64,000 nucleotides of DNA from Zootoca vivipara. Taxonomy: Eukaryota. Location of the stretch: assembly GCF_963506605.1 (NCBI RefSeq), contig NC_083288.1:29636001-29700000 (forward strand), read 5' to 3'. The notes beneath the pieces are model-generated. The model searched no databases. It was not told where the DNA came from and saw nothing but the letters and a program-made list of their open reading frames with translations. Of the stretch, positions 11,784 to 25,264 are shown one piece after another. A program made the position numbers and the translations under genes. How positions within the stretch are numbered: position 1 is the first letter of the stretch; each line of letters begins with the position of its first letter.

Positions 11784-12771
11784 GTCAAGAGACTGTCTGT
11801 GAGATGGCATATGTCTAGTTAATTGACTATAGAAAAAATTACCAATGCATGGACTGAACTGAGAGAGGGTAAAGTTGATACCCTTCAGGTGGTCATACAG
11901 GCAACCTCTTGACACCTGTTAGCACACAGAATGTCAAGTTCATACAATCATTATACAGTAGAGTTCATGGTAATTAATGGAGTTGTATTAAAGGAGACTT
12001 GCAGTACCCAAAACACAGTACAAATACAAAGTACAGAGCAAACTGAGATAGAGAAATGCAAGAAAAAAAGTCAGATAAATTTTACACTGGCCTCAAGTGA
12101 ATGGGGGTATAGATAAAAAGGTTACAGGCTACCCTGTAAGTCAAATATATGATGCTGGAGGACATAAGGAATCAATGGGTATTAAGAAAGCAACAGTAGA
12201 ATTTTGGTCCAAGCTGGGAATAGATTTGTTTACATGGTGGGGATGTGACTACTTGCTAGTCAGATATTCTTACTCAAATTTGTTTTGATATACAGCTACT
12301 GATTCACACTTGTGTGCATGAAAGGGTTAACATGAGCCCTGAGATCAAGTTACAAGTATAGTGGAGTTAGCAGGCTCCTAGCTGCTATTGTCCCTTTCCT
12401 CTTGTTTTTCTCTAGCTGCTGCTTCCCGGAACAGGCTAAAGCTGCAATATGGCTCTCAGCTGTAAAAAAAAACACCAAGTGACCTGAATCTTTACAGTAT
12501 ACGTCCTTGCTAACCAAAAGATTGCATTTTCCTTTTTGCAAGGAAATGAAGCTATTTTCTTTTTGAGTCAATTTTCGAGAACACTTTTACTTCTTTAATT
12601 TTTGTACTGCCGATGGATAGAGACTTGTTGCTGTAAGGTTTGAAACTCTGTGAGTAAGTATCTTCACATATTTGCAAAACTAAGTGTCTATGATTTATTC
12701 TAGCTGAAGTATTTTCACAGGGAATCCAGCTAAGTTTTAATGTGCTTGGAGAAATAACCATTCTGCTAACT

Positions 12772-13167
12772 CAGGGGTCAGCAAACTTTTTCAGCAGGGG
12801 GCCAGTCCACTGTCCTTCAGACCTTGTGGGGGGGGGGGGCGGACTATATTTTGAAAAGAAATATAAACAAATTCCTATGCCCCACAAATAACCCAGAGAT
12901 GCATTTTAAATAAAAGGACACATTCTACTCATGTAAAAGCATGAGGCAGGCCCCACAAATAACCCAGAGATGCATTTTAAATAAAATGACACATTCTACT
13001 CATGTAAAAGCATGAGGCAGGCCCCACAAATAACCCTGATATGCATTTTAAATAAAAAGACACATTCTACTCATGTAAAAACATGCTGATTCCTGGACCG
13101 TCTGCGGGCTTGATTTAGAAGGTGATTGGGCCGCATCTGGCCCCCGGGCCTTAGTTTGGGGTCACTG
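12772..13167. mobile_element. hAT/Charlie-like MITE with internal ~72-bp tandem triplication
   Basis: Ends caggggtcagcaaact / agtttggggtcactg; 8-bp TSD tgctaact. Confidence 0.85.
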
Positions 13168-13852
13168 TGCTAACTCAATCAAAAGTATCCTGAAATAGTC
13201 ACACTTGAGAGCTACTTTTTCCCCTGGCATGGACCGTAAGTTTACATCCCAGGTACTTGAGAAAAAATTGTTCATGTTACTTCTAGTCTCAAAAAGTCCC
13301 CCTAGTGGGCTGGCAGAAAGTGAAGTGAAAATTATAAGGTATTTGCTGGGGGGACTCAAAACAGATCCTTATTTGGCATTACAAAGTTACAGGGCCACAT
13401 CCATAGAGCAGGGAAGCTCCCCTGATGAGCTCTTGTTTCATAGAAAACTCAGGACCAGGATACCATGTGTGTTAACACCTTAACTCTGAATTAACACAAG
13501 GTGTCCAGTCCCAGATACATCAGCTACTGAGACAAAAGTGATATTGTGGCACAGGGTTATGAACGTAGATTCCTCTGCAGCCAAAGGCGAGGGTTGGATA
13601 AATGAAGGTGTCTCAGGGACACATAGGGATGTTGTTAATGAAGAACTAGCTCTCAGACCATATAAAATACAGACCTCAGATGAACAATGCAATAAACAGC
13701 ATCACCTCCAGATATTCTAAATGGGAGAACACAGTGGGGAACACTGAGCTAGTTATATCTCACACAACTATCAGAAATAAGTCTGAGAAGGTCCAGTTGA
13801 AACAAGAAGGTTCCAGAAAGATTTATATGGCATCAACAGCATCACTATTAAT

Positions 13853-14249
13853 CATACCTGCCAAGTTCCTGCCAGAAAAATAAGGGATCGGTCCGGAAGT
13901 AGCAGACAGGAAGTAGCGCTGCCGCCATTTTGGAACTGGGCGGAGCATGCTCAGAAGCGACTTTTGATGCTGCTCTGCCCAGCTCCAAAATGGCCGCCAC
14001 GCTGCAGCCATTTGTGAACTGGGCAGAGCAGCATCAAAAGTTGCTTCTGAGCATGCTCCACCCAGTTCCAAAATGGCCACCGTGCCAGAAAACGTCTATG
14101 CGCATGTCCAGAGACTCTACACATTCGCAGAAGGAGCCTCCCCCGGCCGGTAAGTAAACCGGGAAAAAACAAAAAAATCCGTTTTTTCAGCTTGGAACAG
14201 CTGGAAAAATGGGGGTTTCCTGGGGGATAAGGGAGTCTAGGCAGCTATG
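13853..14249. mobile_element. hAT-type MITE with internal inverted repeats
   Basis: TIRs catacctgccaag / ctaggcagctatg; 8-bp TSD ctattaat; internal gccattttggaactgggc palindromic modules. Confidence 0.85.
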
Positions 14250-14394
14250 CTATTAATAGTATTAAATAATATGGTTTTTTTTTAAAGAAACAGGAACATA
14301 AACAAATCTAAGTGTCGGTGGTTTATTCTAGTTTAAATATTTTCATGAGCAATTTGTTTAAAGGTGGAAGTTCACATCCTTTGATGGATTTGTG

Positions 14395-14522
14395 TTGGAC
14401 TCCTGGGACCAAGGCTTAACAAACCCCATTGCTGCTTTTCTTGGGACTCCTGAGTGCAGGCAACAAAGGAACACAATTGCTGATTTGTTTGAGGCTCTTG
14501 AGACCAAACTCCCAGGAACATA
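14395..14522 (+). promoter_or_regulatory. Putative promoter module of OR4 (paralog ~50022-50150 for OR8)
   Basis: actcctggga, ttcttggga, actcctgagt, gctcttgaga and ctcccagga resemble the EBF site TCCCNNGGGA. Confidence 0.45.
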
Positions 14523-15329
14523 ACTAAAACAATAGTAATAAATTTCCACCCCATGGTAAAATCTTCATTCTGCAAGAGTGTAGAAACATCCTTACTTTCA
14601 CAGAAGACAATGCAGGTGATTGATTTATCATCATCATCATCATCTTTTATTTTTACAAAACATCTTAAAGTGATGAAGAAGTGATGAAGAAATTGCATCT
14701 GGAAATGTATTTTGGAGGGTTAAATACAAACAATACTACTATTGTGTATTGTGTAGAATGTGAAATCCTGCTCGTTATGTGGTCTCTCCTGAAACCTACA
14801 CTGCACATAGAAAACCCAAGGACCTGGTTTCCATAACAAGCTAAGCCAAAGCTTAACTCAGTGAGAGTGCATAAATGTTCAACCTCCTGGAAAGAAGATT
14901 ACAGTCGCCTTGCTCCTCCATGCACCTTTTTACTGTCATCTTAAGCTATACCAGGATTTGACTGAGCACATCATCCAAACCAGGACTAATGGTTAGCCTC
15001 TGTCCTCACCAGCCAAGAGCCTATGCATTTGTACATTCATAAGTCTATGCACAGTGTACATTAAGGTTGAAAGCATACAGCAAAGATGAAAACCGTTGAA
15101 ACCTCCGTGATCCCAACTAGGAAGGAGTTGCAAAGCATTGGGCCCAGAATACTGAATGCATGTCTGCTGGTGAGTATGAGCTATTTGTCTCAGCCATGTG
15201 GAACCATTACCAGTGACTCAGTCAAAGACCTCACTGATAAAACAGGGATATTAGGAATCAAGATGTTAAGGTCTCCTGGACCCAAGTTGTGATGGGCATT
15301 GCAATATAAATTAACACCCCCCAAAATGA

Positions 15330-15655
15330 TCTACTTCATTCATCTACTTTAATTATATACTTATGAAACTACAGTTTATGACAATAATTCTGTTTACACT
15401 TTGTTTGTAAATATTCAATAAAGCATTTCTATTTTTTTAAAATAAAATGTTTGTTACCTTGATTTCCCCACCCCCCAGTAAGTTTTGCAACTCCTGCATA
15501 GTTGTAGGTTTTTGTATCCATTATTCTTTCGTCGATTCTTCTGCTTCTTTCCGTTTCTGGGCACATAACCTTCCTGCCACTGTAGTAGCATACATGAATA
15601 AATGTCTATAATGTTTGGGTAGTTTTACCCCTATAATTCTCAGAAGAAAAAGGAC
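15330..15655 (-). mobile_element. Old L1 ORF2 C-terminal remnant in the putative 5'UTR intron of type-A genes (also ~35045-35380, ~41270-41700, ~51075-51415)
   Basis: Minus-strand translations such as AQKWKAEEESTKEEWIQKLMEYAE resemble the L1 C-terminus at 21969-22172. Confidence 0.7.
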
Positions 15656-15917
15656 GACTTAGCAGTCAGATCAACACGACTACCTACCTGTCCTTAGCAG
15701 TAGTTTATCTTATGATAATTTTGCATTATCGATCTGGAGTTGAAAGCTAACTTCTCCTTTAGATGAATATTTATTATTAAACAATTTTGTTTACTACTTT
15801 CTTTTAAATCTACATCCCACAAACACCACATCCAAAGCAGGATTGGATACCAAATCAGAAAAGGACTTAAACCTATGCTTATCTTCCTGTTTTCTTCTAG
15901 AAGCAGCAATCATTTTA

Positions 15918-16907
15918 ATGATGAATGCAAAGATAGGCAATGAATCCTCTGTCTCTGAATTTCTACTCCTGGAGTTTTCAGCTGTACGGGAACTGCAGAT
16001 TCTACACTTCTCTCTCTTCCTGGTATTGTACCTGGCAATTGTATTTGGGAATCTTCTCATCATCTCTGCCGTAGCTTTTGACCACCACCTTCACACTCCC
16101 ATGTACTTCTTTCTGATGAACCTGGCCATCCAGGACCTAGGGGCTGTTTCAGTCACCATCCCCAAATCCATCACCAATTCTCTCATGAATATCAGAGACA
16201 TATCTTATGCTGGATGCATTGCTCAAGTTCTTTCATTCTTATTCTTTTTATCATCTGATGTCGCCCTTCTTACAATCATGGCATATGATCGCTATGTTGC
16301 CATTTGCAATCCCTTACACTATGAAATGGTGATGAACAGGGCAGCCTGCAAACAAATGGTCTCTGGTGTGTGGGTTGCTGGCCTTCTCAATGCAGTCATG
16401 CACACTAGTGCAACTTTTGCAACCCCTTTCTGCTCAAACATTGTCAATCAGTTTTTCTGTGAGATCCCACAGTTACTTACACTTGCCTGTTCTAATTTAT
16501 ACCTTACAGAAATTGGAGCTATAGTGGCGACTACAACAATTGTGTCTGGATGTTTTGTCTTCATTGTTTTCACTTATGTGCACATCTTTACTGCAGTTGG
16601 GAAACTCCCTTCTGTTCAGGGAAGGAAAAAGGCCTTCTCCACTTGCATACCTCACCTTGTTGTCTTCTCCATATTTTGTTTCACAGGATGTTTTGCTTAC
16701 ATTAGGCCTCCCTCTAAGACTCCATCTGACCTGGACTTTGCATTAACTGTGATGTATACCATTGTCCCACCCATGTTCAATCCAATAATTTACAGCATGA
16801 GGAATAAGGAGATTAAAAATGCTGTATCAAAACTCTTGGGTGTGAAGCGCGCTTCTATGAATATCTTTTCCAGACTTACCCTGAAAAGGTTCCATTTCTC
16901 TTCATAG
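15918..16907 (+). CDS. Olfactory receptor family-14-like, intact (OR4, type A)
   Basis: All OR motifs present; ATGATG at 15918/15921 after acceptor ttttcttctag ending 15900. Confidence 0.95.
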   Translation: MMNAKIGNESSVSEFLLLEFSAVRELQILHFSLFLVLYLAIVFGNLLIISAVAFDHHLHTPMYFFLMNLAIQDLGAVSVTIPKSITNSLMNIRDISYAGCIAQVLSFLFFLSSDVALLTIMAYDRYVAICNPLHYEMVMNRAACKQMVSGVWVAGLLNAVMHTSATFATPFCSNIVNQFFCEIPQLLTLACSNLYLTEIGAIVATTTIVSGCFVFIVFTYVHIFTAVGKLPSVQGRKKAFSTCIPHLVVFSIFCFTGCFAYIRPPSKTPSDLDFALTVMYTIVPPMFNPIIYSMRNKEIKNAVSKLLGVKRASMNIFSRLTLKRFHFSS

Positions 16908-17628
16908 GTCTAAGCATAGGGAACTGGAGAGAGATCATGACCAGTTACAGCTTCTAGATAAATTTTGATATGCAGACACAAAATCTGCCAGGTGTCACAA
17001 GGACATCTTGTTTTCCTCCACCTTAGATGTACCAATAATAATTTTGCATCTCTGATCACAAATCATACATTTAGAGAGGGACTGTTTGTCATTTAGTGCA
17101 TGTCTAACTCTTTCTCTCATGCCACTGCTTTCATCAGGCAATCAGCTTTTCGGTGGATTGTCATTTCTTTTTATTTAAAGCTAAAGAGTGGGTTTTCCTG
17201 GGGAAAGGAGCAAGGAAAAGAGGGGGGGGGGACATCAACATCCTTGGTTTCTAGCTATGGGAAAAGCAAAAGTGTGGATGAGCCTTTGTTTAGGAACTTC
17301 GCCCTAGATTCTTGCTAGGTAGTGACACAAATTCCCATTTTAGGCGAAAATAGTCTATCCTAAACTAGTTTTAAACAAGAGCGTTGACTGTGGTTTAAAA
17401 GTTCTTTGTGAAGAGTTTTTGCCTGAAACTATTGTGCCCCAAATAAGTAAAGTTTCTAAAATGAAGTGTTTTGTTTTAAGAGAGTGAATATTAACCTGGA
17501 ATCCTAATTGAATGTAAATATATAAAATTCTATCTTTGTTCCAGAAGTGCCTCCTCATTACTTTGAACCTTTGGTGGGAGATAATTGGACACAGGGCATC
17601 CTTCACATAAGTAGAACACCTGGCTTTT

Positions 17629-19117
17629 TTCTTTTCTTTTCTTTTCTTAATTTTTATTTAAAAACAAGCTAAAAGAAATTATAAATATACACAACATTTT
17701 AAATATAAATTATATAACACTGAAAGAAAAGAAGAAAAAGAAAAAAGAAAAAAACTGATTACCAAGGACAATAACGTAAACAAAACAATATTAATTATAT
17801 ATCCAAATAATAATTATAACAAAAATATCATGAAAAATCCTAATCATCAGACAAAGGAAAAAACTCATAATGAAGACAAATAAAAATAAACAAATCAAAT
17901 CTTCATTCAAATAGTCATTCATGCTTAACCCACTATTCTTTCCAAGTTCTGATCTTATCCACCTTAACCATTTGTTCTGTTAAAAGAAAAGCTTGATTTC
18001 CCTCCCCCAACCCCTGTTGACTTCCAGTCATTTCTATATGTTGATCATAGTTCTTTCTTCTGATGCATACTTAATTCAATTTTTTCCTTTTCTCTAGTTT
18101 CCTTGCCCTTCATATCTCTGCCACAAGATTCACTTATCCTACCCTACTTTTCATATATGATTCAAAGGATTCCCAGTTTTTACCCGCTTTCTCCCTACCC
18201 AATCCTTTTGAAATCCCATTTTGGATAGACAAATTCTTATATCCCACTAATTTCATCTGCCAATCTTTTATATTCAGAATTTTATCACTTTTCCAATTTT
18301 GTGCGATTAGAACTCTGGCGGCTATAGCACTATACATTACCATACACCTGTCTTTGGCCTTGATTTCTTCATTTAACATGCTCAAGATAAAAATCTCTGG
18401 TTCTTTCTTAAATGATATTTTTACTATCTTTTTTAACTCCTTGTATACCTCATCCCAAAAGTTTCTTATTTTTTTACACCACCACCAAATGTGTATAAAT
18501 GTTCCGGTCTCTTCCTTGCACCTCTAGCAGTATTGTTATTTCCCTTATAAATCTTTGCCAGTCGCACCGGGGTTAGATACCACCTAAATTGCATTTTGTA
18601 GATGTTTTCCTTCAAATCATAGCTTGTAATCATTTTAATGTCCCTTAGCCATTATTTTCCCCAACTTTCATACATAATTGGTTTACCCATATCCTTCGCC
18701 CATTTAACCATTACATCTTTTGTCAATTCATCTTTGGTTTCCCACTCCAAAATCAAATTGTACAATTTTTTAAAATAAATTTATTTCCCCCTTCCAATAT
18801 TATTTTCCCGAATTTGGACATATCTTTTTCGAACCCAATTATCTTGTTTTTTTAAATTTTCATTAATTTGAAAATACTGTAACCACACATTACAATATCT
18901 TCTAATTTCATTATAATCCTTTAATTTTAAAATTCCGTCTACCTCCTCTTTTAATTCGTTATATATCAGCCAATTGCTCTCATGTTTAATTTTTTAACTG
19001 ATATTACTTCTTTAGGTGATATCCACTGTGGTGTCTTCAGCTACAATATCCCCCTATAGGTTATCCATATTCTGTAAATTGATTTCCTGATAATGTTACT
19101 CCAAAAGATATCTTTTG
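17629..19117 (-). mobile_element. 5'-truncated L1 LINE
   Basis: 15-bp TSD gaacacctggctttt (17614-17628, 19118-19132); empty site at ~53479; A-rich tail on the minus strand; degraded ORF2 C-terminus with zinc-knuckle region. Confidence 0.9.
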
Positions 19118-20208
19118 GAACACCTGGCTTTTCTACTTATCAGATGTTTCCAGTGTTGTTTCCAGTGTTGTTACTAGGGAACGTTGCATCTTTAAAAAAC
19201 CCAGGAAATTGGTCATGTTACTCAACTCCCATCTTTAGTGAGGGAATGTGAAACAGGGGTCACTGACACAATTTCTCAAAATCTTAAAAAGCAAAACAAA
19301 ATCACATCCTTTCGAAAAATATGACTGGAGTTTCACAGAGGGGAAGTAATTCCACACAGGGATTATGGGTCAGCTTCATACAACTGATAAGTATTCATCC
19401 CATTTGTTATAGTGTATGGGAATACAGAACCATTGCTTGGAGAAAAAACTTGTCATGCTCTGGAATTCATTAAAAGATGACACACAATATGCCAAACAAA
19501 AGAACTTCACATTGAACAGATGTACTCTTACGTTTTTTGAGGAATGGGCAAAGTGAACGATGTATATAAAATCTAAATAATATAGCCAAAAAGACCAGTG
19601 GCACATGTTCCTTGTTATATTTCTTTGGCCCTCAGAAAAAAAAATATATTGAAGTACTCAAATGTATGGAATCTTTATGAATAAATGAAAGAAACTTCAT
19701 GTTCTGTAGGAAATGTATCCTAACATATTATAAAGATTTGAACACAATATTCTGATTATGAACTGCATATAGTTGTCTCCAGAGAAGGCATGGGAACTGC
19801 TTTGATATAAGTTTTTTTTAAAAAACAAACAAACAAACACCTGCTAATTTGTTAATTTATTCATTAGATTGTCAGTCACTATATTTTGCCCAGGGCAACC
19901 CAAGTCAATATTGATGCACGTTAAATCCCACATAGATATGGAAACTCTGGAGACAAGTGGTATATGCTACAAGGCCTCTCATCAACCCCAAAAGCAACAT
20001 ACACCAATAGAAAAATAGCTGCTGGCCCTTGTATTTGAATGTCAAAAAAATACACACATTTATATATGGGAGACCAGTATTAGCAGAAGCAAATCAAAAA
20101 CCCTTGCCTGCATTGCAAATGGTGGCTTCAAGGATACCCTTCCAACTACTTTTTTCAGGTGGAACACTATGGTATTTCCTTAGAGTTGTTATTATTATTT
20201 TACTATTT

Positions 20209-21037
20209 AATGGTAAATAAAAAAAATGGTAAATGGCCACACAGTCCAAACCCGCTTCCCCATTCCCCTCGATGGACGGACTTTCCCCCAAGTGACTCGC
20301 CCTGTCTCCGGCCTGGATGTCTGCTCCTGCAGCCCTTTTGCTATTATGCCCGCCTACGGAGAAACCATCGGCATGAAATCCCCGAGGGCATCCGGATCAG
20401 GAGCGCCGGGTGCGAAACACCCACGACGTCAACCTTACCCCTCGGCAATGTCGCCCGGCGTTTTTAAGCCTCCTTTTAATGGGTTTCCCTTTTCGTCCTT
20501 TGGCCAACGTCTGCTGGGTTTTCCTTTTGACGACAAATCCTTTTGCCAACGTGTCCTTGGATCGGGGAGTTTCAAAGAGACGACCGCCGCATTTCCTCCG
20601 AATTCCCGGAAAAGCACCCAACTTACATTGACATTAAAAATGTCGCCGGGAAACCGGCCACCGCCGCGATCCCCTTGTTTCGAAGCCCTTTTCCCGTGTC
20701 CGGCGAGCGCTGGCTGATCTGCATCGACAGGTGACGTCGCGTCCGCTGGATCCGTGCGATTCTGGTTCCCATTGTTTGTCGACGTTCAGATTTGGGAAAC
20801 TTTCGATTTCCTCCCTTCCGAAAAAGAGCGTGGAATTTGAAGCGCAGAATTTGTCCTTGTTTGGCTCAGAAAAAGGGGAGGGGGAAAAAAAGACATTTGG
20901 CTTCCCCCTGCCTGGAATTTTCCTTTGGAAAGCATTGGTTTGGACGCAGAGTTAGGCCTCTACATCCATCTGAGTGGATGTAGCATTTTCGTTGTTCCCG
21001 CAAGGGGACAATGACAATAAAGATATCTGATCTGATC
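20209..21037 (+). mobile_element. CpG-rich insertion with Rex1/Babar-type 3' end
   Basis: Absent from paralogous sites (6290, 38380, 54550). Ends ttttcgttgttccc-gcaa-ggggacaatgacaataaag followed by a (tctga)n tail. Confidence 0.65.
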
Positions 21038-21099
21038 TTAAATACCACCATTCATCACAAGCTATCATGGCAGTTCACAAGATAAATACCTGGGTGAAA

Positions 21100-22494
21100 G
21101 GATTTACTATGAAGCAGCTACCTTTTGTTGGTTAAAATAATGGTGTTTGTTAGAAAATCATGTGTTGGATTTGGAAGGGTATGATAATGTATTTGGATGG
21201 CATGCGTATTTATGGTATGACAAGGTCAAAAGTCATAAAGGATTCAAAAATCATGTAATTAGAAAATCTTTGTTCAATGTTTGGAATAAGTATAAAGATT
21301 TATTAGAAAGGAAAACACCCCTTTGGATCTCACCGTTAGAGGCAAAGACCCAAAAGAAGTTAAACATGGAGACCAGGTGGCCAAAATATAGGGATATTCT
21401 GATGGAAGAAGGAGACCAGTTTAAATTAAAGACATATGAACAGTTAAAGAGCAATTTAAATGACTGGCTCCAATACTATCAGATAAATGAATTGTATAAT
21501 CTTTTCAGAATGTATAATTTATTGCTGCAGTGGCACATGAAAGATGAACAAACAAAGAAAGTTAGGATAGATTGGGCGAAGGATGTGGGACACAATATTA
21601 TGATGGAGGATTTGGAAAGGTTATGGAAGAAGAATATGAAATTTACTGCATGTACTGTTTTAAGAGAAAATATGATGAAAATGATGTATAGATGGTATTT
21701 AACACCAGTAAAACTTGCTAAAATTTACCATATTCAAGACAATAAGTGTTGGAAATGTAAAAAGGTGGAAGGAACATTCTATCATATGTGGTGGACATGC
21801 CCATTAGTTAAGGATTTCTGGGAAAAGATTTATAATGAATTGAAAAAAAAAGTTGAAAAGCACTTTTATTAAGAAACCAGAATCCTTTCTATTGCACATA
21901 GTAGGAAAAGAATTGCCTATGAAAGATGTAAAAAAAAAAATTTATACGCCACAACTGCAGCTAGAATATTGATAGCAAAGTACTGGAAGACACAGAAGAT
22001 ACCAACAGTGGAAGAATGGCAAATGAAGATGCTGGACTATATGGAACTTGCTGATCTGACTGAAAGACTACGCGACCGGGGGGAGGAGAAGGTAGAAGAG
22101 GAATGGAAGAAATTTAGAATCTATTACAAAAAAAATATTGTAGAATTGAAGTGTGAGGAGAATTATAAGTAATTGTGAAGTTCCAGATTAAGAAAATAAG
22201 TGAGATATAATTGAAAATAGGCCAGAATGTTATAGCAAGATGTAAAATTAAGAAAAGGATGATGCATTTAGGTTTGGAAAATAAGATATAGAATTTGCCA
22301 AGAATGATATGCAATGAACCACTAGAAGGGGGACCCAGGGAAGTCCCATAGTAAAATGAGGAAAAATGGAATGCTTATGTTGTTGTTTTTATTTTTATTT
22401 TTCTATTTTTGAATTATGATGTTATAGTGATGTATAAATATATGGATGTTATTATTTTTTCTTTTATAAAATTTAATAAAAAATCATTTAAAAA
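21100..22494 (+). mobile_element. 5'-truncated L1 LINE
   Basis: 21-bp TSD aagataaatacctgggtgaaa (21079-21099, 22495-22515); ORF2 C-terminus with CWKCKKVEGTFYHMWWTC zinc knuckle; aataaa and A tail. Confidence 0.92.
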
Positions 22495-22582
22495 AAGATA
22501 AATACCTGGGTGAAATTTAGAGCACTGACCAAAACATAGGAAGGGGGGAAATGGAGCGGGGAACACCTCACACAACTCTCTG

Positions 22583-22857
22583 CAGTGGGGAAGGTGCACA
22601 CTCCAAAACTGGGGGTGGAGAGCAGGTGGGGGCATGGCTGGTGCACATTCTGGGGGGGGGGGTGGCAGGCTGCCCACAGGGGTGTGGCACACACCCAGTA
22701 GGTGTGGCATGCCACCTGCGAGCGAGTGGTCACGTCCTGGGGGCCTGGTGCCCTGCATGATGGGGTGTGTGTGGTTTGTGTACAGGGGTGCGGCTGCAAT
22801 GTTACACCCTCCCCGATGGTGCGGGGTCAGTGTGCTCCCCCCCTTCCTCCACCAGTG
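22583..22857. mobile_element. GC-rich hAT MITE (copy 2); partial extra copy at 23129-23329
   Basis: Same element and actctctg TSD as 6431-6702. Confidence 0.82.
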
Positions 22858-24528
22858 ACTCTCTGTATCATGAAAATAAATAAAAGCATTATTAAAAACA
22901 ATGAATGAATGAAACAAGTCTGAGAAAGTCAAGTTGAAACCAGAAGGTTCTAGACAGACTTATGTAGCATTATTATTATTTTAAACATTATATAGTGCAT
23001 TGCTTAGAAACAGGAACGTTTGGTTTGGTTTGGTTTTCTACACACCTTATTTATTAGACTACTGGGGCCAAGTATTTAGAAACACTAATTTTATCACCTG
23101 AGTCCAAGCTTCCAAAGACACAAGAGATACATTCTGGGGGCGTGCCATGTTGCCCACAGGGGTGTGGCACACGCCCAGTAGCCGTGGCATGCCACCCACG
23201 AGGGCGTGGCCACGTCCTGGTGCCCTGCGCAACGGGGGGTGCGTGGCATGTGTACAGGGGTGCGGCCACGATGGTCCCCCCTCCCCGATGGTGCGGGGTC
23301 AGTGCACTCCCCCCTTTCCTCCGCCAGTGACTCTCTGTATCATGAAAATAAATAAAAGCATTATTTAAAAAGAATGAATGAATGAAACATGTCTGAGAAA
23401 GTCAAGTTGAAACCAGAAGGTTCCAGACAGACTTATGTAGCATTATTATTATTTTAAGCATTATATAGTGTGCTGTTTAGAAATGGGAAGGCTTTGTTTT
23501 GTTTTGTTTTCTACACATCTTAATTATTTGTATTAGACTACTGGGGCCAAGTATTTAGAAACACTACTTTTATCTCCTGAGTCCAAGCTTCCAGAGACAC
23601 AATGGCTAATTTGTGTTGGGCTCTTGAGACCAAACTCTGAGGAGTGCATAGAAACACACACACACACACTATAATTTTCCACTCCATGTTAAAAGATTCG
23701 TTCTGGAGGAGTAGACAGATATGTACACTGTTACAGAAGAAAAGGAAGGGGTGGTTTCTTAAAATACAGATGAAAATGAAGTGATGAAGAAATTGCATCT
23801 GGAAATCTACTTTCTATTAATGAAAAGCGTAAGATATTTATATTTTTATGACTTTAGTGATACCTGAGTTGTTTTCAGAGGACTTTACGCAGACAATACT
23901 TCTACTGTATAGTGGATTGTGTAGAATGGGGAAACCTGCTTGTTGTGATCTCTCCTGGAACTTATTGAGACTCACATAGAATACCCAATGACCTGGTTTC
24001 CATGACATGCTAAAGCAAATTTTATCTTAGGAAGACTGCAAAAATGTTGAACCTCATGGAGAGAAGAGTACTGTAGCTTTGCTCCTCCATGATCCTTTTT
24101 ACGGTCAGTTCAAGTTTCACCAAGTTTTTTTTTAGCATGTCATCCAAGCTAAGGCTAGTGGTTAGCCTCTCTCCTCACCAACCATGAACTTCAACCAAGA
24201 ACAAACCTTCATTGCAGCTCCAAGTGAGTGAGGAGGGAGCTGAAGCACCTTGTCTTGGCTTAGCATAATGTGTCAGCAAAAAGATCTGGGGAAGAGCAAA
24301 GCAGCTGTGACCCTCTACATTATACATGAATAACAATGTGGATTGTACACAGTATGCATTAAGGTTAAAAACATATAACAAAGCTAAGAACAGTTGAAAC
24401 CTGTGTGATCTTAAGTAGGAAGTTCAAAAGCATTAGGCGCACAATACAGAAAACAGAAGACAGGTGAGTATGTGCCAAGTGTGTGAACTATTATCAGTGA
24501 CTCTTGCCAAATTTTATATATACAGTAT

Positions 24529-24686
24529 ATAGTAGCACCTTGGAGACCAACATGAAGAATTGTGCATGCACACAAAAGCTCATACCAAGAACGAACTTAG
24601 TTGGTCTCTTAAGTGCTACTAGACAATTTATTTATTTATTTTATATATTTTTACTGAGTCAGACCAACACAGCTACCTACCTGAAT
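24529..24686 (+). mobile_element. Short Penelope pLTR fragment with inverted 5' piece and decayed hammerhead (paralog 56549-56705)
   Basis: Matches 34901-35021; agtagcaccttggagaccaac is an inverted copy of the internal gttggtct...gtgctact; hammerhead core mutated (aTGAAGA..aAAA). Confidence 0.75.
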
Positions 24687-25264
24687 CTTGCCAAAGACTC
24701 ACTGAGTGAATAGGGATATTAGGAATCAAGCTTTTAACATATCCATGACCCAAATTGTTATGGACATTGGAATTTAATAGAAGAAACTTGATTTTGAATT
24801 TGCATCATAAAGGCAGCAAGTTATCCCGCTATATTAAAGAGTTCCTTCAGTTTTTATACTGAATTACAATATCAAAATATGTTTTGTCAATATGGGGATT
24901 CTCTCAAGGTGCATCTACCCTCTGCATATTTCCACATACTAAGCAAGTATGCTAATGATGGCAGTGGGACTCCCGTGTTCCTCCTCTAGCAGTGGCAGCA
25001 TTCGACTTCAAGAGCTTGTGAACAGCACAACCCACTAGTTTTGAAACAGTGGTAGCTTATTTTAAAATAGTTATATATAATCTATATGGAGTTGAAAGCT
25101 AAGTTCTTATTTCATAAAGATTTATTGTTTCTCCCTTTTTGTTCACTTATTTCTTTTACCTTCAACAAAACCTCTTCCAAAGTAGTAAATATTTGCTATA
25201 ACAAGAGGACTTAAACCAATATATATCTTGCTGTTTTCTTCCAGAGGCAGGAAAATTTTTAGTA

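Noticed and set aside
24540-24590. Functional hammerhead (also ~56570)
   Set aside because: Both CUGA and GAAA core motifs are mutated.
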